A stretch of 20,000 nt of DNA from Catajapyx aquilonaris (taxonomy: Eukaryota): positions 123,482 through 143,481 of the forward strand of contig KZ538067.1 in assembly GCA_000934665.2 (NCBI GenBank), read 5' to 3'. How positions within the stretch are numbered: position 1 is the stretch's first letter; every line of letters starts with the position of its first letter. The notes beneath the pieces are model-generated. The model saw nothing but the letters and a program-made list of their open reading frames with translations, ran no database searches and was not told the DNA's origin. Below, piece by piece: positions 1-10,189 of the stretch. Made by a program: the position numbers and the translations under genes.

Positions 1-364
1 CAAATCAGTTGAAACAGTAATATGGTACATCTCTGTCACAACGTATGTGAGTCCAAACACGCAAGAGATTATGCTTTTGCTTTTAGTAATGCAATGTGGC
101 AGGGTCTATAGATATAAACGGTACTGTATCATTGGTCTATGTGCTCCCCCAAGTACTCTAGCCATTGCTACAAAACACTACTTGTACGGCACTGCAGTTC
201 TTCATCTTGACAGTGAAGGGAAAGAAACCCTCAGAACCTTATGACCCTCAACACGAAACCTCTCACTAAACATGTGCATTTAATGTTTCTAACACTTGGT
301 ATGAAAACAGTCATGGCAGTACAGTACATGGGATTTTTTTTTGGAACCTATCCCTTTCAATTAC

Positions 365-366
<2 letters not shown>

Positions 367-444
<78 letters not shown>
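367..444. repeat. (AAT)26 microsatellite
   Basis: Perfect trinucleotide run of 78 bp. Confidence 0.98.
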
Positions 445-599
445 CTGGTAGTGCTTTTGCCCTTCTTGGGTTCTATTGCACAGACCTTTATTAACCTATT
501 ACAATCAGTACAGTACATGCGGAACTTTTTTGCAAAACGCCCAGGTCCGCGGGCAGGGGGAGAGGAGGGGACGTGCAATGTCGGTACCTGGTCAGTTAA

Positions 600-752
600 T
601 AATGGATATCCCATGATAGGCCTCCTTGGGCCTCTTAGGGGATCATATTTTGTTTGACCGTCTTTAATCATTGCCTGCGCTGTGATGGATTTTGATTGTG
701 GGAGGAAACGGGAGAACCCCGAGAAAACCCACACGAATACGGAGACAACCCT
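600..752 (-). mobile_element. 5'-truncated SINE with V-domain-like core
   Basis: Minus strand reads gtgtgggttttctcggggttctcccgtttcctcccaca, close to the V-SINE core as I recall it, followed by a tail related to the SINEs at 11819 and 13330. Confidence 0.6.
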
Positions 753-931
753 AATCCTGTCATAAAATGGGAGTTAGCTGTACTCTTGAATGTGTAATCA
801 TTATCCATTGGCACCTTCTTGTGATTATGTGATGACAACATGACCAAATGCACACCTGATTACATATGTGGCTGTGATTCCTGAATTAATTTTATTAAAC
901 ACACATGGTAAAAAAGAAATCATGCACCAAC

Positions 932-1456
932 CTGAGGAGGACAGGTATTAACTCAGCCCGGTGTTCAGGCTGTACTGTGCTGCTCTGGAGGTCAACTGGA
1001 AAGGCCACTACTTCTGTCCTGAATTTCTCATCATCAAGGAATCCATACAGGTGCTCCTGGTATGGGACTATGGCCTTATTCCCATATGTCATGAGGCAGT
1101 CAAGGGCCAACTTCTGCACTTCTGCCACTCGGCTGCTCAAGAGTTGAAGGTACACCTTGCGGAGTTCCTCTTCTTTATACATTGCCCGTGGATTGTGGAA
1201 CTTGGACACCAGGCTGAGGTGGGATTTTAGTGACTTCAGCATTGCCTTCTTGCTGCGAGAGGTGTGACAACGTTGGCCAAACACTTCACCCTGTTTCCTT
1301 CCTTCCTCCTCTTCATTCTCCTCCTCCTCTTCCTCATCCTCCTCCTCATTATCTGAGAAGTCCACCACATCATCAATGTCAGCATCTCTGCCCAAGTCTG
1401 GCTTCCTCAAGTCGACCATAATGGCGAGAGCTGAGTCCACCGAGTTGTATTCTTTG
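932..1456 (-). CDS. UTP20: UTP20 coding exon 9 (KEYNSVDS...acidic tract...LIPVLLR); gene continues beyond the left edge
   Basis: Acceptor ttatttcag, donor GTTGGT; 525 nt (phase 2 to 2); SKF.NPRA.Y, QK.ALDC.MTY and HRA.L.P.L.R motifs at the start of the UTP20 N-terminal (DRIM) domain. Confidence 0.93.
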
Positions 1457-1508
1457 CTGAAATAAATAATAATGATGAGAATTCAATTACTGTCACTAAT
1501 GTGATCAT

Positions 1509-2746
1509 TAGGGTCCGGATTTTTAGGCAAATGCCTATTTAGTTCCTTTGCAGTTGGGATGGTCTTGTGTAGAGATCTATTAGTTTCATAAGTGCAGGAT
1601 GTGGAAAATGTAGGTTTTATAGTGCTTAAAATTGCCTATTTCATGGTTTTGGGAACTATTTTGTCTATTAGGGCTTTTTGCAACTTTTCATGGCTATTTC
1701 GGGATAATTTTTGAACTTTTTGATGCGATTTCGGGACTTTTGGGCCTATTCTGGACCTATTCCTTCAGAGGCATGTTTGTTTTTTGCTGAGTATTTTTTA
1801 TGCTCTTGAAAGGACCAAAATCGTTCAGAAGTAATCAGTTTCACTAAGGAAAATCCAGAAAAATATTTGGTAACATACTGTGCAAGTGGAAACGGGCTAT
1901 AAGCGGTAACAGTCCACAGCAAGTGAATCTTGCTTGCACTTTGTCTTTTGCCAAAGTTTTGTGATTTTCTGTCGGTTTATCATTGGTTTATTCAGTTTTT
2001 GCTCTGGTTTGTCACCCTATACAGTAAAACTTCCATAAGTTGAATCTCCATGGGACCAGGAAAACACTTCGAGTTATAGAAGATTCGAGTTAGAGAAGTT
2101 TGGAATTATTTAAGCACCTAACTATATAAGGAAGCCTACCTTTATATCCAGCGATGAAAAGTGTTCAAAACTTTAAAATTATTGTCATTATCACACTTAC
2201 AATGTTTCTCATTGTTTTGTTGTGAAAAAATCTCCGTTATGGACATTTGGCTACTCTTAAATTCAAGGATTCAATTTTCACAATCGATTCTGGCAAACAC
2301 TTCTTTGGTTACGTCTGGTAGACGGAGATGAAGAAATTGAGCCTTTCTGGACATGTGGCCTACTCTCTACCCTTCAGCTGGGAAATGAGACAATTTTCTG
2401 TACTCGCCAACATGAACTTCGACTTAGGGAGACTGAAAATGCATCGATATCCCATCGTAAGGCCCCGCCAGCACTTTGAGTTATGGAGAACTTCTAGTTA
2501 TGGAAGTCTATTTCCTATCATTTTACATTGTGACCAACCAAGCTCATAATTTTCTTGGACTTATAGAGAACTTCGACTTAGGGAAGTTCGACTTATAGAA
2601 GTTTTACTGTATTTATACTTCAGGCCTTTATGTAACATCATCCCCCATAGGCCCACAAAAGTAAAATATTTCTGCGTATTTGAGTTTTATTCGTGCCTAT
2701 TTCGTGCCTATTTCATGGTTTTTTGTGCCTAAAAATCCGGACTCTA
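1509..2746. mobile_element. Non-autonomous hAT element (contains a nested MITE)
   Basis: TIRs tagggtccggatttttaggca / tgcctaaaaatccggactcta; perfect 8-bp TSD gtgatcat (1501-1508, 2747-2754); subterminal gcctatt repeats. Confidence 0.9.
2022..2609. mobile_element. pogo/Tigger-type MITE nested in the hAT element
   Basis: TIRs cagtaaaacttccataagttgaa / ttcgacttatagaagttttactg; TA on both sides; internal ttcga(g/c)tta repeats. Confidence 0.88.
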
Positions 2747-2847
2747 GTGATCATATCCTAGCCCCTACAAAGTGATACAATTTAGTGTATGTTTTTTAAT
2801 GGAACAAGAGCAAAACTGCACCCCACTGAATATCAACACTCCCTCAC

Positions 2848-3215
2848 CTAATAAAATCCAGAACCAGAGGATTCACATCTCTGTTCTTCTTCTCACAGAG
2901 GTCAGCGAAGGACTCCATTGCCTTCCACAGCAGCACACGGTGGTTCAAATGGTCTGATTTTTCAGTCAATCCACATACAGAATCCTGGATCCTTTTAAGC
3001 ACATCTTCTGGCAGGTCAAGCTGTATTCCCTTATACTCAACCTCATCTTCATCTCTTGTTGCATTTTGGGCCACCCTCTGCAGTGCAGAGAGCCACACTG
3101 GCCAAAACGAGGCATTAGGAAGGCCCAGTGAATGAGACTGAACCAGTTTAAGACTTGGCTCCCACACCAGGCTAAAGTTGACATACAACATTCCAATTAT
3201 GTAACGCAGTGGTAC
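2848..3215 (-). CDS. UTP20: UTP20 coding exon 8 (VPLRYIIGMLYVNFSLVWEP...LVLDFI)
   Basis: Acceptor ttttgattttag, donor GTGAGG; 368 nt (phase 0 to 2); VPLRY..GMLY.NFS..W.P and DH.N.R.LLWKA motifs. Confidence 0.93.
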
Positions 3216-3577
3216 CTAAAATCAAAATAAAACATGGTATTACAAGTGAAATTCCTTCAGGTGTTCCTAATGCATGATGTTAACTAACTTATGACCTGGA
3301 GTCATATTTGTACTTGAAGTATTGAATGAGTGCTCTACAACAAATTTAAAAAGTGAAGTCCTTTGAATTTGATGTTAAGTGTTTCCTTACTTGCCATGAT
3401 TAGCAAAATTTGATTTGATACACAAGTAGTCTACTGCAGATGTAAATAATGTCTCACTTGATTCATTTGTTTCGTCATCATACATACACAATTGAAAGTT
3501 TTTCCCCAGTCACTCCACCCAGCAGGGTCATCTAAGAAGACCGGTATGTAAAAGTGGAACAGACGTATCCAAAGGTA

Positions 3578-3739
3578 CAGTGTTGGACATTAATTGAGTC
3601 ATACTGGTAGCAACATTTTCCAAAGCGGCAGAAGAACGAATCTAGCTTGCATGCCTTGCACTATCCATATCTTCGATTCGTTCGTCTACTGCTTCGGAAA
3701 ATGTCGCTAGCAGTATGATTTGATTAATGTCCAACATTG
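3578..3739. mobile_element. Palindromic Tc1/mariner-type MITE (162 bp)
   Basis: About 65-bp imperfect arms cagtgttggacattaat... / ...attaatgtccaacattg; TA flanks. Confidence 0.85.
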
Positions 3740-4384
3740 TACAGTTAATTTGATCACACCACAATTATAAAAATTAGGAAAAATAAGGTTCCAATTCCAA
3801 TCAGTTTCTATCATCCCTCAAGATATTAACACTACTGTAAACCTGAATAAAAGGTAGAGCTATGAGAATGAAAAAACTATGGTTAGGAATGAGATCTGGA
3901 CAATTCAGCTATTCAGATAAAATCCCATTTTGGATCCAGGCATCCAGATCCAACTATAGACGTTAAAAAAAAAACAGTGCAGGTGTGTGGTGTAAGTCGT
4001 GACAGAAATGTGTGGTGTACAGATGGGCCAGTGGGTCCTTAAATGGAACAAAAAACCAGTCAAGAGAAACCAGATTCAAAAATTAAAGTTCATCATTACA
4101 AGATAAACAGCCTATAGGCCATCAAGACAGAAGTGGAAATTGACATAAAATGTTTTTTTAATTGCATGTAGGCCTACACCAACCAGTCACAATGCTGTAA
4201 CTACTTACACATGCCAGGTTTATTCACACACACACACACCCTGCACTGCGTATTGCAGACTTGTTCAGATCAAAATAATTATGCAAGATGAGATCTGGAT
4301 ATGGACATGGGATCCTGGTACACAGGCTACCTACATTTTACTTGCAAGATCTGGGTACCTGACTTTCCTAGTTTTACTCCTTAC

Positions 4385-4588
4385 CAGGTCAAATTTTCCT
4401 CCAGCAGGGATGTAAGGAGCAATGGAAGAAAACTCCAGCTTTTGCAACTGCTTAAGTTTTTGCCTGTATGTTAGTACAGTTGGCTGGATAACTTCAGCTG
4501 CCAGACATATTTGGAAGACTGACACTGAGTCAGGAGAAGACACAGGAAGGGAAAACAAGGACAGACTATGGAGGGTCAAAAGGCGCAT
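4385..4588 (-). CDS. UTP20: UTP20 coding exon 7 (MRLLTLHSLSLF...GGKFDL)
   Basis: Acceptor tttcctttcag, donor GTAAGG; 204 nt, phase 0/0; RLLTL..L..F and CL.AE...TV..YR.KL..L.KL motifs. Confidence 0.9.
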
Positions 4589-4730
4589 CTGAAAGGAAAC
4601 ATAGAGTATCTATTAGTTTACAACATACTACAAGTATATTCCTCAAATAGATGGAGACAATTTAGCATTGAAACCAAATTAAAAATCATCTCAATCTTTT
4701 TAAATGATAGAGTAACTTTATAATTGACAT

Positions 4731-4949
4731 TAGGGAGGTTGGCCCGGCATTGCCTCTTCAACCTCCAAGGATAGGGAAGGAAGGAAGGAAGAGGCTGTGG
4801 CCTATTATACGGAAGCGACCCCAGAATTATCCTAGGAAGACCGGAAAACCACAGAAAACCACGGTCAGGATCACCGGCCACGGGATTCGAACCCAGGACC
4901 TCCCGATTAGCAGTCGGATGCCTTATCCACCATGCCAATCTGCTTCGGT
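4731..4949 (-). mobile_element. tRNA-derived SINE
   Basis: Minus strand: A box TGGCATGGTGG, anticodon-like loop CTGCTAA, B box GGTTCGAATCC, then body ggttttctgtggttttcc...aataggccacagcc.cttccttcc, also present at 16314-16406. Confidence 0.85.
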
Positions 4950-4990
4950 GATACAGTACTGTAAATAATACAATAACAGTAAATTCTAAC

Positions 4991-5630
4991 CTGTCCAAAT
5001 GGAGACATGATGTGAATTTCCAGTGTTGGAAATATCCTGTCCAGTAATTCTGGATCCAAGGGCACTTCTTCATTACTGACATACAGTCCAGTCAGTAAAA
5101 AGTTGATTATTCTCAGAGCCTGACAACACAGCTGAGAACTGTCACTTGAGGCAAAGGTTAGTGCAAAATCCAATGCCACATTCAGAAGATCCCCTAATTT
5201 TGATGCATTAATGTGAAGGATTGCTTCTACTGCCAGGCTAGCCAGGATAAGTCCTTTCTGAGTAGCACCCACATGTTCTGGGTGTGTGGCTAGAGCTCCA
5301 GTACTCTCCAAAAATTCAGCCACTCTGCGAACCAATGCACTCAGACAGTTTACCAATTTCTCTTGCTTCATCGGTTTCAAGTGTGGGGTGCAAATTACAG
5401 CACACATCAAATTAGAAAAACCATCAGTCAGTGCAGAGCCTACGTCTTTTGGAACAAGTGTACCCAACACTTTTTCCAGAAGGGGAGCTTTGCCTTTTTT
5501 ATATCTAGCAGCAATCATTGAGAAGTCCAAGGGATATGAAGCCCATTCACTTGTGTCGATCCCAGATTTCAATGGAGGGCTTTTCATCAGAACCAGTTCA
5601 GCTAGCATTGACAGTGCAAGTGAGGTGTCC
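4991..5630 (-). CDS. UTP20: UTP20 coding exon 6 (DTSLALSMLAELVLMKSPP...HIMSPFGQ)
   Basis: Acceptor ttttttaaag, donor GTTAGA; 640 nt (phase 2 to 0), open throughout; LA.L.L.K.PP and YPL.F motifs. Confidence 0.88.
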
Positions 5631-5755
5631 CTTTAAAAAAAAGATATAAAACAAAATAAGATAAAAATAACATGCATACAGCTTTAGACATTGCATCAGA
5701 ATGGCAGTTCATTTTTTAAGCAATCATTATAAATGCCAAGCTTATCCAACTTATA

Positions 5756-6408
5756 CAGGGTGTAACAAGACCCAATGCATAAATTTTAAAGGTGGGTAGG
5801 GGACCCCAAAACAAACATTTTTGACCAATGAACCCACCCTCTTAAAAAATCAGCAAATTTACTGAAATCGCTAACTGGTTAGTACCTGTAGTAACAGTTA
5901 TGTGGTTGCTGCTACTCAACAGGAGCGTTGTCATGGTATAGTGTTGACAATTTAGTACAGTACTGTAAAAAGTCGTCATCACCACAAATCAATGAAAGCT
6001 GACATGAAACTCACCACTACCTTTATTGCACCCAACACAAAACTGTAATCAAAGGAGCTGCTAAAAGTGTCCTCCAGCCACTTGTACACACAGCCTACAA
6101 CGACGCACAAGAGATTCCCGAGTTGATTGGAACTACACTGAATTGTTTATTTTCCAGACTTTTACTTGTTGTGCTGTACCAGACAATTACTTGTCAACAC
6201 TACCATGACAACGCTACCATAGAGTAGCAGCAAACCACATAACTGTTACAGTACCACAGGTACTAACAAGTTATCGATTTCAGTAAATTTGATGATTTTT
6301 TAGAGGGTGGGTGATTTTTTTAGAGGGTGGGTTCATTGGTCAAAAATGTTTGTTTTGGGGTCCCCTACCCACCTTTCAAATTTATGCATTGGGTCTTGTT
6401 ACACCCTG
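5756..6408 (-). mobile_element. Internally deleted Tc1/mariner element with about 195-bp TIRs and a transposase C-terminal remnant
   Basis: CAGGGTGT...ACACCCTG termini, TA flanks, long inverted arms; 6129-6049 (-) translates QSTRESLVRRCRLCVQVAGGHF*QLL*. Confidence 0.92.
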
Positions 6409-6412
6409 TATA

Positions 6413-6564
6413 CAGTTGAAGCAGGATATAACAGCCTCTCGGCTAAGAGACTTTCGGTTATTACAGACTCGAAAGGCACGTCCCGGCATACTTCCATATG
6501 TGGTTTGTGTATTCAGCTATAACAGACCTTGGTTATAACAGACTGATTTATCTGGATTCAACTG
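6413..6564. mobile_element. Short pogo/Tigger-type MITE
   Basis: TIRs cagttgaagcaggat / atctggattcaactg; TA flanks; internal (ggt)tataacag repeats. Confidence 0.72.
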
Positions 6565-6566
6565 TA

Positions 6567-7192
6567 CAGTGGTGCCTCATACTTCGAACTTAATTCGTTC
6601 CAGGAGGATGTTCAAACTCTGAATTGTTCGAAGTCCGAATAAATTTTTCCCACAAGATGTAATAGAAAGTGAATTCATCCATTCCCAGACCCTAGACAAT
6701 GCCCATTTTGATAAACTTAAACAGCAAATACACATAATTTAAAGCAAACATTACATGATCAAATGCCCTAAATAAATTAAAACATTGAAACAATAAGTAA
6801 ATACTGTATAATAAAATGTAAATTGCATTTACTGCACCAGTGAGGAGTGGTGATGTCTCGCGTGGAGAGGAAGGTGGAGAGGAGGAAAGGTTACTGTTAG
6901 AAAGGGGAATCATCTTCCATTACGCATACAAGTTAACTAAATACATAAAAAATTAAGTAAAAAGATCTCGGAAAACACACGAGTGTAACACAAAAGATGC
7001 TTTCACAGCGAGAGCCAGAGATGACTTGGGCACACAAAAAATGGCACTCACGCAGCGAACGAATTTGTTAAATGCGCGAGTAGTTCGAACTTAGAAGCAT
7101 CATTTGAACTCCGGATCAAATTTATCTCAAAATTAGCATTTGAAGTCTGGTACATTCAAAGTTAGGGGAGTTCGAAGTACGAGGTTCCACTG
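6567..7192. mobile_element. pogo/Tigger-type MITE
   Basis: TIRs cagtggtgcctcatacttcgaac / gttcgaagtacgaggttccactg; left TA, right CA (mutated TSD); internal ttcgaa repeats. Confidence 0.82.
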
Positions 7193-7329
7193 CATTTATG
7201 AATAGTGCAGTTTACTGCCATTTACATGATTGTATTCCAAGCCAAAATACATTTAAAAGTCAAGAAAGTCATTTCTGTTAACATTTAACACTCCTTTAAA
7301 TCCAGAAATAAATATAGAAATATTCTTAC

Positions 7330-7724
7330 GTGATAGAGAGAGTGTTGCTAAAATTAATGAGTCTTGGCAACACCTGAGACTCAAAACTGGCTATTCTGAA
7401 CAGTCGCCTAGTAATTTTGGCTGCCACCTGAGGACAATGGTGAAGACCAAATACAGTGAAGAGTAGCTTGTTTTGTGCTTCCACACTGAAAGAAATAGAT
7501 TTGGCACTCAGAAGGGAAGCTGCCACTTCTCCACTTATATCAAGGATTTCTTCGGGCAACTCCATTGACAGAATCCTGCCCATCATTATGGCTATACGCT
7601 CTGCATCAGTGACCAAACTACATTGCTTATGCCTAGCAAGCAGCATCACAAGGCGCAGGACAATATGAAAGGTGTCAGTTGCGCAGGCTGGCTTGTAAGC
7701 ATCAAGTATTTTTCCAAGATGCAC
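7330..7724 (-). CDS. UTP20: UTP20 coding exon 5 (VHLGKILDAYK...FSNTLSI)
   Basis: Acceptor ttacag, donor GTAAGA; 395 nt (phase 0 to 2) fits both neighbours; amphipathic HEAT-like sequence. Confidence 0.85.
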
Positions 7725-7940
7725 CTGTAATTTAAAGCAGAAATCACTCAACCAAATTTAAACTATATCAGGAAACTCATGATTCAATAACAACCACATT
7801 AATAATATAGGTATTCAACATTCAGTACAAGACCACAAATAGTTGAAACAAATAGTTGATCAAGAGCACATCATGGTCACATCAGTCCTAAAATATGGGG
7901 TGAAAATCTGCGGAAAAGTTTGGTCCATTCCATATGTGTA

Positions 7941-8737
7941 CAGTGAAACCTGTGTATGGCGGAATCACATGGGACCCCGTAATGAACAGGTAATGAACCG
8001 TAATGAACAAGTTTCCGTTATATGCAGATCAAGGACGTTTCTGAGATTTTTTGCTGGTGAGAAAGAGAGCAAAGAGGGGACAGAGCAATAATAAAAACTA
8101 CACCTTACCCCAATATGGTTCAAACATGAGTGTATACAGCACTGTATTATTTTAGACATGTGTTACATCTTTGTCAAAAAAAACCTCTCGGCAACAGTTT
8201 TCACAGATACTCCCTCACCCCCTTGCTCGTTGACAGCAAGCTATTGTCAACCCCTTCCTTTTCCCCGATATTTTAACACTGGACTGAACCACGAAGGCAG
8301 GAGGGCACCTATGTTATTTCACATGAGTCACAATCATCATTGCCCCCCAATAAGCCGGTTTTACAACCAGAAATAGTCCCCATTTCCTCAAACATATCTT
8401 CCAAGGCCACAGTCCGATAGCGATTCCAGAAATTACTAGACACACATGGTCCAAAAAGGGTTACTCAGAGGCCACCTGGAATTGCCGAAAGTGAACCCGG
8501 CTGTAATTTCTATTTTTGTGACTCGCAGGAGATAATGCAAACCTTTTGATTTCTGTTATGGACAGGGATTTTCTCTTAAGGGAGCCAAAATTCCCTTCCG
8601 TTTCCGCGTTGGGCAGGTTCCGTTATGTCTGTCAAAAAATACGTTGTAGGCCCTATGCATACGCCCATTCCCGGAAAAAAGTCCGTAATGGATAGGTTTC
8701 TGCTATATCCAGGGTCCGTTATGGGCAGGTTTCACTG
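7941..8737. mobile_element. pogo/Tigger-type MITE, CAGTGAAACCTG terminus
   Basis: TA-cagtgaaacctg...caggtttcactg-TA; subterminal ccgt(t/a)atg and caggttt repeats. Confidence 0.88.
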
Positions 8738-8771
8738 TATACACAAGTTGGTAAAATTTTGTTTAACTCAC

Positions 8772-8990
8772 CAAAAGTACATCCCATAAGCCAGTGCAGT
8801 ATGGTCCTTGTGTATATTTTGCAGCACAGACTACACAGTGTTGTAAGGATTCTGCCAACAGATCCTGAGGCAAGTCATTATCTTCTAATAAGTCCAGTAG
8901 CAAAGACAGAAATGTGTCTGCTTCACTGTGGAACTGATGCTGAACTCCCTTCATTGCTTCGAACAAAAGGCGGCCAACACCTGCTACTCC
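8772..8990 (-). CDS. UTP20: UTP20 coding exon 4 (GVAGVGRLLFEAMKGVQHQFHS...LWDVLL)
   Basis: Acceptor aaaccag (weak pyrimidine tract), donor GTGAGT; 219 nt, phase 0/0; G.G.LLFE..KGV...FHS motif. Confidence 0.88.
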
Positions 8991-9219
8991 CTGGTTTCAT
9001 GAAAATTTTAAAACACATTTAAAAAAAGGCATTATAAATGTTGCTAACCAAATTCATCGAGAGCATTTGGCATTTTGGCATTTTTGTTTCAGCCCATAAT
9101 AGGAGTGGCTGTGGAGGAGCCAGACATGGCCTCTCAGATTTCAGGCAAGTAATAAATGAAAGAAGTCTAAGGACAAACACATGTTCGTAAATTTCCATAT
9201 CCAATGCCCATTACTTCCA

Positions 9220-9729
9220 TCTGACAACCAAAGTAACTCTTCTTACTCTCCTGAATTTTGAAAATTTTTGGATTTTCTAATTCTGCTTGGCCTGTAGTGT
9301 TGAGAAAACACCACCTCCGCTGCTAATTTCCACGTTAGCAGGGTGAAAATACTGTACAGCCAAAATGCGATGTTCCAAAGCCACGACACCAGCATCCGGT
9401 TGCGAGTCGCCGGTCCTGGCTTCCCAGTAGCGGCCGCCTTTCACCACATCTGTAGATCTCATTATTATAATCGCCTTTGACTTCAAAGCGTGCAAGAGGA
9501 GAGCGCTACAGACGCGGTGAAAGGCGACCGCGACCAGGCAGGCAGGACCGGCGACTCGCGACCGGATGCAGGTGTTGTGGCTTCGGAATATCGCATTTTG
9601 GCTGTATTTTCACCCTGCGAACGTGGAAATTAGCAGCGGAGGTGATGTTTTCTCAACACTACAGGCCAAGCAGAATTAGAAAATCCAAAAATTTTCAAAA
9701 TTCAGGAGGGTAAGACTTTGGTTGTGAGA
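9220..9729. mobile_element. Foldback/palindromic element with about 230-bp arms, superfamily unclear
   Basis: 9220-9455 is the inverted complement of 9506-9729 at high identity, around a 50-bp spacer; no clean TSD seen. Confidence 0.85.
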
Positions 9730-10189
9730 CTCATCACAAGGAAACATCTGATTTGACTTGTCAGTCTTCAAAAAAACATCTCTAGGTTCCAAGTAGGAGC
9801 TTCATCAACATATTTTAGCTATCATTTCCCCTAGTACGTCAACTTCCCTGCAAATCTGAGAGAAATTGCATTTGGCCCCTACCATGTGAATCTCCTAGGC
9901 CCTGTCACATATTATTATTATTTCAGTTAAAAACTTGTTTCTCATTTACTATCATTCATGCAGGTCACTACAACACGTTTTGGTTCCTTGTTTGGAAAAT
10001 ATACATGAGAGGAAGCACAAGAACTTTGAATTACAAAGGAAAGCCCTTCAACTTCCCACACAGCAGATCATCTACAGTCTACAGTCTCTACACAATCTGG
10101 GTGTGAATCCTAAACAGTGGTAAGTCAGGGCCTTTATCGTGAGTGTCACCCTGCAGACATTTTCATAAAATATGACATTCCAAACTCAC

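Noticed and set aside
241..734. Poly-Asn and poly-Leu ORFs
   Set aside because: Artefacts of the (AAT)n microsatellite and a SINE fragment within an intron.
905..1421. Plus-strand ORFs opposite UTP20 and MGAT4 exons (also 5286, 7456, 8759, 17030)
   Set aside because: Antisense shadows of real exons with no recognisable protein features.
2022..2746. CRISPR-like or prokaryotic defence array suggested by short repeated motifs
   Set aside because: The repeats are irregular subterminal transposon motifs in a spliced eukaryotic locus, with no constant repeat-spacer period and no cas genes.
3885..4360. Repeated atgagatctgga / ggatcc motifs
   Set aside because: Probably a decayed MITE, but no TIR pair or TSD could be defined.
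3216..10189. Intronic C/D snoRNAs in UTP20
   Set aside because: Sense-strand UGAUGA boxes (near 3476, 4090, 5976, 9731) lack a suitably spaced CUGA with a terminal stem; H/ACA RNAs could not be assessed by eye.
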